Part shown: piece by piece, positions 24,507 through 34,755 of the stretch
How positions within the stretch are numbered: the first letter of the stretch is position 1
Layout of the letters: each line of letters starts with the position of its first letter
Sequence record: ON528732
Length of the DNA: 64,000 nt
Origin: Shigella phage ESh22
Direction: 5' to 3' (one strand)
Notes under the pieces: generated by a model
What the model saw: only the letters and a program-made list of their open reading frames with translations
Database searches by the model: none
Told to the model about the DNA's origin: nothing
Program-made: the position numbers and the translations under genes

Positions 24507-26469
24507 CATCACCATCCTCATTGATTGCAGGAGGAATTGTAGAACTCTGACGTTGCTCTTGAGTATACAACTCTCCAGTGTCACGGTCAAATGCTTCATC
24601 TTCATAGTGTGGCATGGTATCATCGTAATGGTCTTCAGCATCACCAATACCATACTGCTGACGGATATTCTCTGCTGCACCATCAATATCAACACCACAA
24701 CCAGCAGCCTTGATAAGACGGCCTGTTTCTGGATTATACCAAGTGTGACCAGCAATACCAGTGGATTTACCATGACGACGACATTTAGTTAACTTGATTT
24801 TTGTCAAGTTTTTCTTAACAGGGTCTGGGTCAACCTTGTTGCGCATTAACAAAATGTTGTTCATAGAAATCTGGAAGTATGCACCAGAACCCTTGATATC
24901 TTCTTCAGAGATATCTCCACCTTCAGAGTTAGCTTTCTGACCACCTGCACTCTTACGAACGTGACAGACGTTTACCTGAGCATACTGATAACGCTTGCAA
25001 CGACGCAACAGTTCAGACAGGACTTCTTCTTCGTCAGTATCAGAGCGTGACAAAGCCAATGTAATTGGGTCAAGGATGATAATCTTACAATCAAGACTAT
25101 TAACAAGATAGTCAACAAATTCTAGCAAGTTGTCTTGGTCAATTGCCCCTTGATGGTCTACGATGTGAATACGACGACCTTTTGACAAATCCGCATGTGC
25201 TCCTTTTAGCTCATCCCAATCTCGCTCATCGTAAGGAATCTCTGAAATCTGCTTACTTAGATGGATTGCACAGAGCATTTCCATAAGTTCTTCGTAAGTA
25301 TCTTCTACAGGAATTACACCAATGTTGTACTCAGTATCTTTCCATGCTGTATAAATCATTTCACGAGTATAGGCAGATTTACCAACAGATGACGGTGCAG
25401 CCAGTGTAGTGATTTCGCCTAACCCATAACCACCATAAGTTAACTTGTTCAAATCCCCGAAAGATTCTGGAAAAGGAATCAAAGGAATCTGACCACGATT
25501 CTTCATTGCTTCGAAACCATCTGCAAAGTTCTTAATACCAGCAGGGCAGTAACGAGGTGCATTATAGATTCTCTGCTTAAACCCTTCTAAGACTGTATCT
25601 TTGTCTTTAAAGAATTTAGTCCACCACTCACTAAGGTCTTTGACACCTTCAGGGTACTGGAACAGTCGAACCTTTTCAATAGGAAGGATACCAGCAGCTT
25701 CCTTAGTTACCTTGGCACCTGCTTCATCGTTGTCGAAGCAAAGGTAAATCTCATCAAAGGATGTGATGTACTGATAATTCTCCTTGATAGACTTAACGTT
25801 TGCACCAGATGGGACAGATACGTGACAGTAGTTCTTTCTACGTGACTTATCCTTAATTGCCAAAGAAGTCATATAGACTGCTGTAGCACACTCCATCTCA
25901 CCTTCCCAGATGAATAAGCGATTACCACCTTCAGGTGCAATCCATGAACCGAACATAGCCAGTTCACCTTTGATATCACCTACACCACCTGAGAAGTCTT
26001 TTAACTTACCACGAAGCTGTTCTTTAGGGTGGTCATCAGGGTATTTGTGACGAACTCGATAACCAACATGCTTCAATTTCCCATCTTCATCCTTCTTATA
26101 AGTTGGATAGAAATGAGCGTCAATATCTCCATTCTCATCTACGTCAACTTTAATACCAAGACGTTCTAAAACCTTTGCAGGAATCTTCCTGTCTTTTAAA
26201 TCCATTGCTTCGAGGTTTTCTTTAACATCATCTAAATCCATACCACGAAACTTACGATTTTTACTATCAGAACCTGTAGACATTGTGCTAACAATTTGAC
26301 CTTTATCAAAATCCCACTCTGGAAAACCTTTACCACAACTAAAACAAGTCATTGAATATGAGTCGTCGTCGTGATGATAAATTGAACCTGCATCTGAAGA
26401 ATCACATTTAGGACATGCACAATGTCCTACAAATTGACCAGCTTCTTTTAATTTTCTTGGTTTAGCCAT
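24481..26469 (-). CDS. DNA primase-helicase (T7 gp4-like: zinc-ribbon primase + DnaB-type helicase)
   Basis: ORF 24481..26511 trimmed to the ATG at 26469 (MAKPRKL) with AGAGGTG RBS; N-terminal Cys4 cluster (CACPKC...CFSCGKGF); helicase P-loop 'AAPSSVGKSA'. Confidence 0.75.
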   Translation of the reverse strand: MAKPRKLKEAGQFVGHCACPKCDSSDAGSIYHHDDDSYSMTCFSCGKGFPEWDFDKGQIVSTMSTGSDSKNRKFRGMDLDDVKENLEAMDLKDRKIPAKVLERLGIKVDVDENGDIDAHFYPTYKKDEDGKLKHVGYRVRHKYPDDHPKEQLRGKLKDFSGGVGDIKGELAMFGSWIAPEGGNRLFIWEGEMECATAVYMTSLAIKDKSRRKNYCHVSVPSGANVKSIKENYQYITSFDEIYLCFDNDEAGAKVTKEAAGILPIEKVRLFQYPEGVKDLSEWWTKFFKDKDTVLEGFKQRIYNAPRYCPAGIKNFADGFEAMKNRGQIPLIPFPESFGDLNKLTYGGYGLGEITTLAAPSSVGKSAYTREMIYTAWKDTEYNIGVIPVEDTYEELMEMLCAIHLSKQISEIPYDERDWDELKGAHADLSKGRRIHIVDHQGAIDQDNLLEFVDYLVNSLDCKIIILDPITLALSRSDTDEEEVLSELLRRCKRYQYAQVNVCHVRKSAGGQKANSEGGDISEEDIKGSGAYFQISMNNILLMRNKVDPDPVKKNLTKIKLTKCRRHGKSTGIAGHTWYNPETGRLIKAAGCGVDIDGAAENIRQQYGIGDAEDHYDDTMPHYEDEAFDRDTGELYTQEQRQSSTIPPAINEDGDDDCPFETD

Positions 26470-26659
26470 TGACACCTCTACGACGCAGTTCTGCTTTAAG
26501 ACCATTCTCAATCTTATCTAATTCATGAATTTCTTCTGCAATCTCTTTCCGACGAGAAGCGACCCTTTCAAGTCGCTCCATCATTACTTCTTTAGAAAGA
26601 GATGAGAGTTCTACACTACGGTGGTCAACAACTTTCAAGTTATTATCTCTCATCTTCAA
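26462..26659 (-). CDS. small coiled-coil protein (65 aa)
   Basis: ORF track. Confidence 0.4.
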   Translation of the reverse strand: MKMRDNNLKVVDHRSVELSSLSKEVMMERLERVASRRKEIAEEIHELDKIENGLKAELRRRGVNG

Positions 26660-26666
26660 TATCTCT

Positions 26667-27404
26667 CTATTTTATGATGACTTTCAGTTTATCTGCAAGT
26701 TCATCTATTGTTCCGTTGTTCTGAATAATATCTCTTTCGAAGCGTGTAGAGATACCTTTTTCAGAATGGTGTGAAGCAACCTGCTCAATACCATTTCTGG
26801 TCACTTCGATGATTTGACTATTATAGCTCTTGATAAATTCCGCTTCAATATCAAACCTCAAATCACAAATTAGGATTACTGGAATGTGGCCTTTTCTTTC
26901 TGTTTCACCATAAAACTTTTCTATTCTTTCTGCAAGGTCAATAATCCAGAAACGCTCCCCAAGGATTTTACGAATAACCTCACTACCCCAAACTTGTTGG
27001 ATTTGTCGTGAAGAGAAGATGTATTCATTCCTGAAACCCATCCTTGTCAAGAGAGTCGGTTTAGCAACCTTCTTCAGTTCTTTGATAAGTCTGTCTGTGA
27101 TTTCACCACAAAGTTTCTCATCATTATGTATACCTTTATCTTTCAAGTGTCTGAAGAAAGAATATTTAACGTTACTATGCACATTTGAGAATGTTAAGTC
27201 AAATTTCTGAGGTTTCTCTTTGGTGTCGCCATACAAGTCTTGCCAATCTAAGTCAAAGATATCTCCAGCAGTTGCTTTAAGATTATCTGCGAACGCAAAG
27301 ACTTTAACAGTGTAGCCTTCTTCAATCAAGTGGTTCTTAACGATGGTGCAGGAAGTATCTTTACCAGAACGTGCCTTACCAGTGAATGCAATAATACTCT
27401 TCAT
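26667..27404 (-). CDS. P-loop nucleotide kinase (dNMP kinase-like)
   Basis: ORF 26667..27434 trimmed to the ATG at 27404 (MKSIIAFTGKARSGKDT) with GAGAGG RBS; Walker A 'GKARSGKDT'. Confidence 0.55.
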   Translation of the reverse strand: MKSIIAFTGKARSGKDTSCTIVKNHLIEEGYTVKVFAFADNLKATAGDIFDLDWQDLYGDTKEKPQKFDLTFSNVHSNVKYSFFRHLKDKGIHNDEKLCGEITDRLIKELKKVAKPTLLTRMGFRNEYIFSSRQIQQVWGSEVIRKILGERFWIIDLAERIEKFYGETERKGHIPVILICDLRFDIEAEFIKSYNSQIIEVTRNGIEQVASHHSEKGISTRFERDIIQNNGTIDELADKLKVIIK

Positions 27405-27421
27405 AATATACCTCTCATAAT

Positions 27422-27452
27422 AAAAAGCCCCCAATTAAGGAGGCTTGGGGAA
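27422..27452 (-). terminator. intrinsic terminator (CCCCAA-loop-UUGGGG + U5) before the kinase RBS
   Basis: Hairpin + U-tract on minus strand. Confidence 0.5.
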
Positions 27453-27462
27453 AACAATTGTA

Positions 27463-28266
27463 TTAGTGAATCTGGTTAGAGTCCAGTTTTTCTTTTTCAG
27501 AGATAGCCTGAAGAGTCTCAACAAACTCATCACCGAAGTGGATAGCAATTTTCTCTTGGAGTACTGCTGCACCAGTCTGCATAATGACTTCGCGTAGTGC
27601 TTCACCACTTACATCACCAGCAATCTGTTCAACAAACTCGATAGGTGCATCAATCAGTTGAGCGACTTCAAACAGAGCGTGGATACCCATTACAGTGATG
27701 ATTGATGGGACCAATGCGGTAAGTTTAACCTGAATCTCATCAAGTCCATGTTCAGCTTCACGCGCAACAACCTCTTTAAGTTGCTCACTAGTAAGGGCCA
27801 CCATCTCCAGCACTCGCTCAAAGATATCTACGAATCCCCAATCAAGTTGTTCATAGCGTGGAAGTTTATCTTGAACACGCTTCTCAAGAACAGCCATAAC
27901 ACTTGCAATTGAGTTGATAATCAGTTCAAAGGTAGCATCTTCAGAGAAGTTAAGGATTCCTTCTTTCTCTTCCTCAGAAAGAACTTTGAAGTCACCAGTC
28001 TGCATGTTGTCAAAGATATAACCAGCAAAGGCATCTACACCAACCGCTACAGATGCCAGAGCTAGTTTACGGTCACTTAGAAGGAGTTTAACTTGCGAGC
28101 GAAACGATGACTCATCAGAGATATCTCCATTAACCTGATATGATTCAGGCATTACCTTGGAACTAAATGTGTTGCTACGCATTACAATAGCAAGACTTTC
28201 AATTGTATTGAGCATAAAGTTGCTATCAATACCTTTTGAGGACAGCATTTCATTTACAGTAGTCAT
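27463..28266 (-). CDS. hypothetical protein (267 aa)
   Basis: ORF track; first or second gene of the minus-strand transcription unit leaving the divergent region. Confidence 0.5.
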   Translation of the reverse strand: MTTVNEMLSSKGIDSNFMLNTIESLAIVMRSNTFSSKVMPESYQVNGDISDESSFRSQVKLLLSDRKLALASVAVGVDAFAGYIFDNMQTGDFKVLSEEEKEGILNFSEDATFELIINSIASVMAVLEKRVQDKLPRYEQLDWGFVDIFERVLEMVALTSEQLKEVVAREAEHGLDEIQVKLTALVPSIITVMGIHALFEVAQLIDAPIEFVEQIAGDVSGEALREVIMQTGAAVLQEKIAIHFGDEFVETLQAISEKEKLDSNQIH

Positions 28267-28267
28267 A

Positions 28268-28690
28268 TTAATTCTCTCTTATTTTGTTAATAGTTAGTCG
28301 TGATAATCTTAAGCTTTCTTGTGAAGAGAAGTCAAGTCCTTTTTCAGACCTTGGGAAGTAATTCCTGTCCCATGTATTCTCTGCATCCTGAAGCAGTTGT
28401 GATAGACTATCTAAATCCGTTCCATTTTGCAACTTATTTTTTAAGGTATCTATCAAAAAGATAGTATCTTTTGCTTTACGTCTTTCTGAAGATATCTCTT
28501 TCATGTGCTCAAAGACTGAACACTTCATCTTATCGTCGTACCCTTCTGACAACTCTATCTCATGCTGCACATCAACCATACGTCGATGATGGAAAGCATA
28601 TTCCTTCTGTGCTTCTAAGTCAAGCCTTTCAAGTTTCTCTAAAGCATCAATGAAGTTTTGTATATCTGGGTGAATGTACATCCTCTGCAT
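28268..28690 (-). CDS. hypothetical protein (140 aa)
   Basis: ORF track. Confidence 0.5.
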   Translation of the reverse strand: MQRMYIHPDIQNFIDALEKLERLDLEAQKEYAFHHRRMVDVQHEIELSEGYDDKMKCSVFEHMKEISSERRKAKDTIFLIDTLKNKLQNGTDLDSLSQLLQDAENTWDRNYFPRSEKGLDFSSQESLRLSRLTINKIREN

Positions 28691-28949
28691 AATTGCCTCT
28701 ACTAAGTTTCTATAAAGATTTTAATCTCTTATCTTTACGTATTCTATACGTATAACTTTAAAGCTTTTAAAAGACTATTAAAAATCTTTTAAGGGTTTTA
28801 AAGAATCTGTATAGTTAACCTGTAAAGAGAGTCTATTAAGATAAAACCCACTCCGCAAAGATTAACACCTTGTCAAGTGCTTTGTCAACTTGCTTTTTCA
28901 TAAAAATTGGAGTAGGGTATTAAGCAGTATGATTTGAGAGGGAGTTAAA
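28691..28949. promoter_or_regulatory. divergent intergenic control region (259 nt, AT-rich) between the minus-strand early block and the plus-strand polymerase block
   Basis: Strand switch; two TTGTCAA direct repeats 10 nt apart (TTGACA on the minus strand), several TTTAAAG repeats; GAGGGAG RBS before the polymerase ATG. Confidence 0.45.
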
Positions 28950-31649
28950 ATGAACAATGTAGATTTTGAGAACTTACATTTGGTTGGTGATACAGAAACT
29001 GACGGGTTGCTGCTTGAGTTTACAAAAGCTCACGTTATGGCATTCGCAGATTACAAAGATGATAGTGATGAACCTGCTGTGTGGGTTTTCACTGATGAGC
29101 CTATCCTTGGTCACAAGTATACAAAATACATCAAAGGTGGTTTGCGTGAAGGTGTGGAGTTTGCATTGAAAGCCAAACGCCTTTGTATCCACAATGGTCT
29201 TGGTTATGACTGGTGGGTGTTCAACCATATTGCACCTGACCTGTGGAACTTTGATAATCCTAAGTGTAAACCTTGGAGTGACTTCTTTCAGGATTCACTT
29301 ATCCAATCTCGTGTGCAGTGGATGGATAGACCTACACCAAAAGGCTACAAGGGTGCTCATGGCTTGGCTGCATGGGGTGCTCGTGTCGGTGTTCGTAAAC
29401 CAGAGATTGAAGAGTGGGGTGTGTGGAACGCTGATATTCTTAACCGTGTTGTTGAGGATATTCGAATCAACGCCAAAGCAAAACGTGCTATGGATAATGA
29501 ATACCTTAAGCTTAAGAAGTGTGGTGTAGATACTTACGAAACCTACATGCGAGCTAAAGAGACTTCTTTCTGGATGAGTCAACAAGCTATTAATGGTTGG
29601 AAAGCTAACATTGACCTTATGAAGTCCTGTGTAGAAGAACTGGATAAGATGACTTCTGAGTTAGCCTCTGAAGTTGAACCGTTCCTACCTCCGACTATTA
29701 AGACGAAAGGTAAAGTAACTGGTGAAGAGTTTGCCAAGGCATGGAATGAGTATGTTGAAACATTTGGTCATGTAGATGGTTTGAAACGTATCACAAAGTA
29801 TCCAAAGACAAAGTATCGTGAGCAGATGCGTGAAGGGGAACTGAAGACGTACCCTATCAAGCCATATGGGAAACCAACTACAAAGATTTTCAACATTGAG
29901 AAACGTAATTGCTACACTCCAACTAACACTGTCACTGGCGAAGAGTACAGGGAAGGTTTTGTAGCAATGAAAGATGCTCGTGCAATCTGCAATGAGTTGA
30001 ATGCTAAGGTTGGCAAGAAGTGTAAGGATTGGAAGCCAGTTAAGACAGTTAAAACTGTGAAGTACTACAATAACCACGTAGTAAATCACTTTGAAATGGA
30101 GTCAAGCCGTTACACAGGTCTTGTTGATGCACCTTATACACCAATTGAGTTTGAAGTTTCACGTATGACTCAAGTTGCAGTGGTGAAGGAATACTTGAAA
30201 TCTGTTGGCTGGATTCCTGATGATTGGAACTACAAAAAGGATTCTGATAACCGTCCAATCAAGGTATGCCGCTTCAAAGATAATAAGAAGATGATTCGTA
30301 AACATCCTAAGTGGGATGAGATGGTTGAACGTTGTGGATTGAACTACATTGAGCATGAAGGGGTTCATTACATTGAGTATAACTGGTCTGTTAGGAAGTA
30401 CACAGATTTGCTTGAGCCTTGCTTGATTCGTACTTCACCTAAACTTACTGAATCTTCTTATGACACCATTGAAGGTGAACTTGGACAAAAGATTGCGAAG
30501 TACTATACTTTGATGCACCGACGTAGAACTATTGAGAACTCAAAAGATGACGAGAAAGGTTGGTTAAACCAGATTCGTCCAGATGGTCGCTTGAGTGCTG
30601 GTGCAATGGTGTTTGGTACTTCAACTGGTCGTATGACACAGTATGGTATTGTGAACGTACCTTCTGGGGCTGCTGTTTACGGGGAACCAATGAGGGCAGT
30701 CTGGATTTGTGAAGAAGGAACCAACGTAGTATCCGTTGATATGAACTCTGCACAGCTTGTGTTACTGTGTAACTTTATGGGTGATAAAGAGTTCACCAAA
30801 GCAGTAACAGAAGGTAAGGAAGAAATTGAGTTTATTCGTCAAGAAGATGGTCGCTATTACTGCAAACACTTCGACGAATACCTTAACCCAGAAGTTGACA
30901 AGTATCTGCGTTATGACTCTGAAAACGACTTGTACGTAGTCTATTCAGGCACTGATGCTCACACACTGAACAGTATTTACTTCAGCTTGAATGATGAGCA
31001 GGATATCTTGACTTGTCGTATGACTCAGGATGAGAATCTTCTCCATGAGATTAGTAAGGGTCGTAAGAAAGCTAAGAACGGTATCTATGCACTGCTGTTC
31101 GGTGCGGGTGATGAGAAGTTTGCTAAGACCATCAAAGCTTCAACTACTCAAGAAGGTGCATTGACTAAGCAGACTTACTTTGTTCGTTTGCCGAAGATTA
31201 AGAAACTGATTGATAACTTAGAAGCTGACTTTAAAGCAACTAAGAAAGCTCTTGAAGAGGTCTTTGGTAAAACTGCTGCAATTGCTAAAGGTGGATTTGT
31301 TCAGGTTGCTGGGGCGTGGTTGTGGTGTAAATCTCCACACAAACTCTTGAACTATCTGTTGATGGGTTCAGAAGCACAAGTTCAGAATGAAGCAATCAAC
31401 CTTGCTTGTCGTCGTATGATTGATGAAGGTTTGATGAAACTAAATGGTCGTAAGCCAGCTATCGGTGCTCGTTTACTTTGTGCTTACCACGACGAAACAA
31501 GCTGGGAATGTCCAGAAAGCATGACAGCAGAAGTTAAGGCAGTAACTGACTGGTATTATGGTCAAGCTTCTAAAAACTTGGGACTGAAGAAGGATACTTT
31601 GGTAACGGGTACTGGTAAGGTTGGTAAATCGTGGCTTGAAGTCCACTAA
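28950..31649 (+). CDS. DNA polymerase, family A (Pol I-like) with 3'-5' exonuclease domain
   Basis: 899 aa; Exo I 'GDTETDGL'; polymerase motif A 'VVSVDMNSAQLVLL', motif B 'RKKAKNGIYALLFGAG', motif C 'YHDE'. Confidence 0.85.
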   Translation: MNNVDFENLHLVGDTETDGLLLEFTKAHVMAFADYKDDSDEPAVWVFTDEPILGHKYTKYIKGGLREGVEFALKAKRLCIHNGLGYDWWVFNHIAPDLWNFDNPKCKPWSDFFQDSLIQSRVQWMDRPTPKGYKGAHGLAAWGARVGVRKPEIEEWGVWNADILNRVVEDIRINAKAKRAMDNEYLKLKKCGVDTYETYMRAKETSFWMSQQAINGWKANIDLMKSCVEELDKMTSELASEVEPFLPPTIKTKGKVTGEEFAKAWNEYVETFGHVDGLKRITKYPKTKYREQMREGELKTYPIKPYGKPTTKIFNIEKRNCYTPTNTVTGEEYREGFVAMKDARAICNELNAKVGKKCKDWKPVKTVKTVKYYNNHVVNHFEMESSRYTGLVDAPYTPIEFEVSRMTQVAVVKEYLKSVGWIPDDWNYKKDSDNRPIKVCRFKDNKKMIRKHPKWDEMVERCGLNYIEHEGVHYIEYNWSVRKYTDLLEPCLIRTSPKLTESSYDTIEGELGQKIAKYYTLMHRRRTIENSKDDEKGWLNQIRPDGRLSAGAMVFGTSTGRMTQYGIVNVPSGAAVYGEPMRAVWICEEGTNVVSVDMNSAQLVLLCNFMGDKEFTKAVTEGKEEIEFIRQEDGRYYCKHFDEYLNPEVDKYLRYDSENDLYVVYSGTDAHTLNSIYFSLNDEQDILTCRMTQDENLLHEISKGRKKAKNGIYALLFGAGDEKFAKTIKASTTQEGALTKQTYFVRLPKIKKLIDNLEADFKATKKALEEVFGKTAAIAKGGFVQVAGAWLWCKSPHKLLNYLLMGSEAQVQNEAINLACRRMIDEGLMKLNGRKPAIGARLLCAYHDETSWECPESMTAEVKAVTDWYYGQASKNLGLKKDTLVTGTGKVGKSWLEVH

Positions 31650-31710
31650 TAGTGTTGACAAGGTGCTCATGGAAGAGTACCATATACTCTATATTGTATA
31701 GGAGACTTGT

Positions 31711-31911
31711 ATGACTATTTCAGAAATTGAAGTTCAACTGCAATGTGCTGGATATTCTCAAAGTGAGATTGAGGCTATGTGCATCATCATTTGCAGTAGC
31801 CATAAGCACCTCAAGCTTTCTAATGAAAATCTTTTCAAGGTTGATATTTTTATCGCTGGGGGCAAGATTATCAAGGATAAGACAGGCTACCTTAAAGGTG
31901 AACGTCTATGA
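31711..31911 (+). CDS. hypothetical protein (66 aa)
   Basis: ORF track; AGGAGA RBS. Confidence 0.45.
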   Translation: MTISEIEVQLQCAGYSQSEIEAMCIIICSSHKHLKLSNENLFKVDIFIAGGKIIKDKTGYLKGERL

Positions 31912-32120
31912 GCCACCGTGGAAGAACCCATCTCGCCATGATGCAAGGTGCTTCAAAAGATACTATCAAGAATCGGAAGAAAACTCTTTTTGACAGAATG
32001 AATAGACTCATTGATAATGCGAGCCTACCTAACTCTGAAAAGGTTTTCTTGAAAGGGAATCTGAAGAGTATTGCACAGGAACTTATTGACATTGAATTTT
32101 GGAGAAATCAAAATGAGTAA
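31908..32120 (+). CDS. hypothetical protein (70 aa)
   Basis: ORF track; ATGA start/stop overlap with the upstream gene. Confidence 0.45.
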   Translation: MSHRGRTHLAMMQGASKDTIKNRKKTLFDRMNRLIDNASLPNSEKVFLKGNLKSIAQELIDIEFWRNQNE

Positions 32121-32361
32121 AGAGCAAGAAGCAATAGATATCTTTAAAAATGACGATAAGTCAATAGCTTATATCTCAGAAGCTTGGTGCAGAGGGCTAG
32201 GTTATGACTGGTATCTTTTCCTATGTGCTAAAAAGGATGTTAAACCAGTTGATGAAACCAGATTCAAAGAACTGTATAATATCTGTCAAGAAGGTTATGA
32301 AGAACATTACGAAGGTTCTTTGAATCCTGTAAATTCAAAAGCTTCAGATTTATTTTATTGA
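32113..32361 (+). CDS. hypothetical protein (82 aa)
   Basis: ORF 32071..32361 trimmed to the ATG at 32113 (MSKEQEA) with GGAGAAA RBS. Confidence 0.45.
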   Translation: MSKEQEAIDIFKNDDKSIAYISEAWCRGLGYDWYLFLCAKKDVKPVDETRFKELYNICQEGYEEHYEGSLNPVNSKASDLFY

Positions 32362-32371
32362 GAGGTTTGAA

Positions 32372-32617
32372 ATGTTAAAATTATTGATACCAGCTTTAGT
32401 AGTCCTACTGGTTGGATGTAACCCTTCTTATGAGAATAAGGATGCTTCTTACAGACTTCCTCCAGAAATGCAAGACTGCAAGATTTATAAACTTAATGGT
32501 GATGCCATTAGCAGGGATGTTATTGTAGTTCGCTGCCCAAATTCTCAGACTACAACTTCTTACAAGTATGGAAAGAATAGTCAGTCACACACCACAGTTT
32601 TTGATGGAGGATATTGA
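32372..32617 (+). CDS. small lipoprotein (81 aa)
   Basis: Signal peptide with lipobox 'LLVG-C'; GAGAGG RBS. Confidence 0.5.
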   Translation: MLKLLIPALVVLLVGCNPSYENKDASYRLPPEMQDCKIYKLNGDAISRDVIVVRCPNSQTTTSYKYGKNSQSHTTVFDGGY

Positions 32618-32618
32618 T

Positions 32619-32825
32619 ATGCAGGTTCTGGTAAACTTTATCTATAAGTATGAAAACATCTTCAGCACTATGACTGAAGGTCAACGCAATCCAGTTATCC
32701 CACGAGAAGGGGAGACTGTTGAGATTAATGATTGGAACCACAGAGTTGCAGAGGTCAAGCATAAACTTAAAGATGATTATGACCACCAAGTTGTAAATGT
32801 GTATTTAGAAGGTAAGTGGCAATGA
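32619..32825 (+). CDS. hypothetical protein (68 aa)
   Basis: ORF 32568..32825 trimmed to the ATG at 32619 (MQVLVNF) with GGAGGA RBS. Confidence 0.4.
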   Translation: MQVLVNFIYKYENIFSTMTEGQRNPVIPREGETVEINDWNHRVAEVKHKLKDDYDHQVVNVYLEGKWQ

Positions 32826-32916
32826 GAATCTTACATATCATCTCTGAAGATTTTGGAGGGTGCTCTTGGCACTCATTTTTCACAAAAGGTTGTCTAGCTT
32901 GTGAGGCACGTAATAA

Positions 32917-34017
32917 ATGACAATTCTGTACAAACAAAATAAAGATGGTTCTTTCAACGTCTGGTCATGTGTTGCTGTAGGTGATAAAGTCGTCACAACT
33001 TATGGTAAAGAAAATGGCAAGATGATGTTTGAAGAGTACACAGCAGAATCTAAGAACATCGGTAAGAAGAATGAGCGTAATGCTGAACAGCAAGCTCTCT
33101 TTGAAGTTTCTGCAAAGTACAAGAAGCAAGTAGACCGTAAAGGTTATGCTTACACAAAGTCTGAAGCAGAGAACGTTGAAAAGGTTGGTGTACAGCTTGC
33201 TCACGATGCTGTAAAGATTAGTCACGCAAAATACCTGAAGTTCCCTGCTGACGCTCAACCTAAACTTGATGGTGTTCGTTGCAGGATTTCAAGAGATGTT
33301 GATACAGTAAGCTTCACGGCTTATTCTCGTGAAAACACTGTTTATAATGTACCAGCAGAGCTAATCCCAGATTTGTTCCTAATGCTGAAGTGTCACCCAC
33401 AAGTTGAAGATTTTGATGGTGAGATTTACGCTCATGGTTGGGACTTAGAGGATATTGTATCCATGATTAAGAATACTGACAATCCAGACCGTCACCTTCT
33501 TAAGTTCTACTGGTATGATATCTGTGATAATACCAAGACTTGGCCTGAGCGTCGTGAAGTTATTGACAATTCACCTCTTGTTGAACTTGGTGAAGCTTGC
33601 AGGGTTGTTCCTGTACAGACTATCCGTGTTAATTCTTGGGAAGAGTTCGACAAAGCACATGATAATTGGGTTAAGCTGAAGTTTGAAGGGGCAATGTACC
33701 GTTCAATCTCCCCAGAATCCTTCTATGAGTGTGGTCACCGTTCTTACTTCCTGATTAAACACAAGAAGATGCACACTCAGGAGTTTAAAGTCACTGGTGT
33801 GAAGACTGACAAACGGGGTCATGGTAAGTTCGTTGTAGAGACTCTTCCTAACGTCTTTGTAGATGTTTCATGGAAAACTACCCATGAGAAGAAGAAGTAT
33901 CTTGCTGAACATCCTGAAGAGTTTATCGGTAAACCTCTGACGGTTCAGTTCCAGAAGATGACTCGTAAGGGGTCTTTACAGTTCCCTGTTGGGCTTGTTA
34001 TTAGAGATTATGAGTGA
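32917..34017 (+). CDS. ATP-dependent DNA ligase
   Basis: 366 aa; adenylation motif I 'KLDGVRC' (KxDGxR); size similar to T7-type ligase. Confidence 0.7.
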   Translation: MTILYKQNKDGSFNVWSCVAVGDKVVTTYGKENGKMMFEEYTAESKNIGKKNERNAEQQALFEVSAKYKKQVDRKGYAYTKSEAENVEKVGVQLAHDAVKISHAKYLKFPADAQPKLDGVRCRISRDVDTVSFTAYSRENTVYNVPAELIPDLFLMLKCHPQVEDFDGEIYAHGWDLEDIVSMIKNTDNPDRHLLKFYWYDICDNTKTWPERREVIDNSPLVELGEACRVVPVQTIRVNSWEEFDKAHDNWVKLKFEGAMYRSISPESFYECGHRSYFLIKHKKMHTQEFKVTGVKTDKRGHGKFVVETLPNVFVDVSWKTTHEKKKYLAEHPEEFIGKPLTVQFQKMTRKGSLQFPVGLVIRDYE

Positions 34018-34174
34018 TTACACTATGGGGATTGCAATTGCAGTAGTGATTATCGGTATCTTATTTTTCTCTTGGTTATACATGTAGAAAGTTGTTGACA
34101 TGAGATTCTTAGTGGGTATACTAGCAATATACAAGATATTATATAGGAACCCACTAGTTAGTTTGGAGGTAATT

Positions 34175-34555
34175 ATGAAAAAGCTTGCACTATGTCTCTT
34201 TGCAGTACTAAGCTTCAATGCTTATGCGGTTATGCCAAATATGGACTACGGTAAAGTTAAACTGGAGTCTTGTGAGCTTTCTCAAAAGATTGTTTCTAAG
34301 TCTGGAGAGTTAACTAAACCAATCACTCAAGAAACTTTTCAGGAAATGACAGACCGTACAACTGACCTCATCTACCACACTATGGGTGGTTACTACAACG
34401 ATGTGGCTGATATGATGGTTTCTGAGAATATTGATGTGCTAAGTTCTGAACAGATTTCTGAAACTAAAGCTGTAGAAGAACGTGTTACACAGTCTGTTTT
34501 AGATGGGTTTGAGTACTTTATCATTAACCGTCACTGCATGGGTCTGCCACAATGA
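34175..34555 (+). CDS. secreted/periplasmic hypothetical protein (126 aa)
   Basis: ORF 34100..34555 trimmed to the ATG at 34175 with GGAGGT RBS; signal peptide MKKLALCLFAVLSFNAYA. Confidence 0.45.
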   Translation: MKKLALCLFAVLSFNAYAVMPNMDYGKVKLESCELSQKIVSKSGELTKPITQETFQEMTDRTTDLIYHTMGGYYNDVADMMVSENIDVLSSEQISETKAVEERVTQSVLDGFEYFIINRHCMGLPQ

Positions 34556-34755
34556 AAAAGAACATCTGTAGAATCGACTATGGTGAAGTTGTTGACGACG
34601 ATGGAGTAGTTATTTACAGAGTTTGGGCTAAGGATTTTAATACAGTTGTAGAGGCTCTAGACCACTTCGTCAACGGGACTCGTGAGAATGTAAGAGCAAC
34701 CAGTATAGATTCCTTAATAGACACTTCGCGTAAACGGAGGAAGAAGGATGAATAA
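34552..34755 (+). CDS. hypothetical protein (67 aa), basic C-terminus
   Basis: ORF track; ATGA overlap. Confidence 0.4.
   Translation: MKKNICRIDYGEVVDDDGVVIYRVWAKDFNTVVEALDHFVNGTRENVRATSIDSLIDTSRKRRKKDE

Noticed and set aside
24228-24773. 181-aa minus-strand ORF overlapping the primase-helicase C-terminus
   Set aside because: Its upstream two-thirds is an alternative frame of the primase-helicase gene; only the part downstream of the helicase stop (reported as 24228..24506) is plausibly coding.
31650-31710. TTGACA box after the polymerase gene as a plus-strand promoter
   Set aside because: A TTGACA hexamer is present but no acceptable -10 hexamer lies 16-19 nt downstream; left unannotated.
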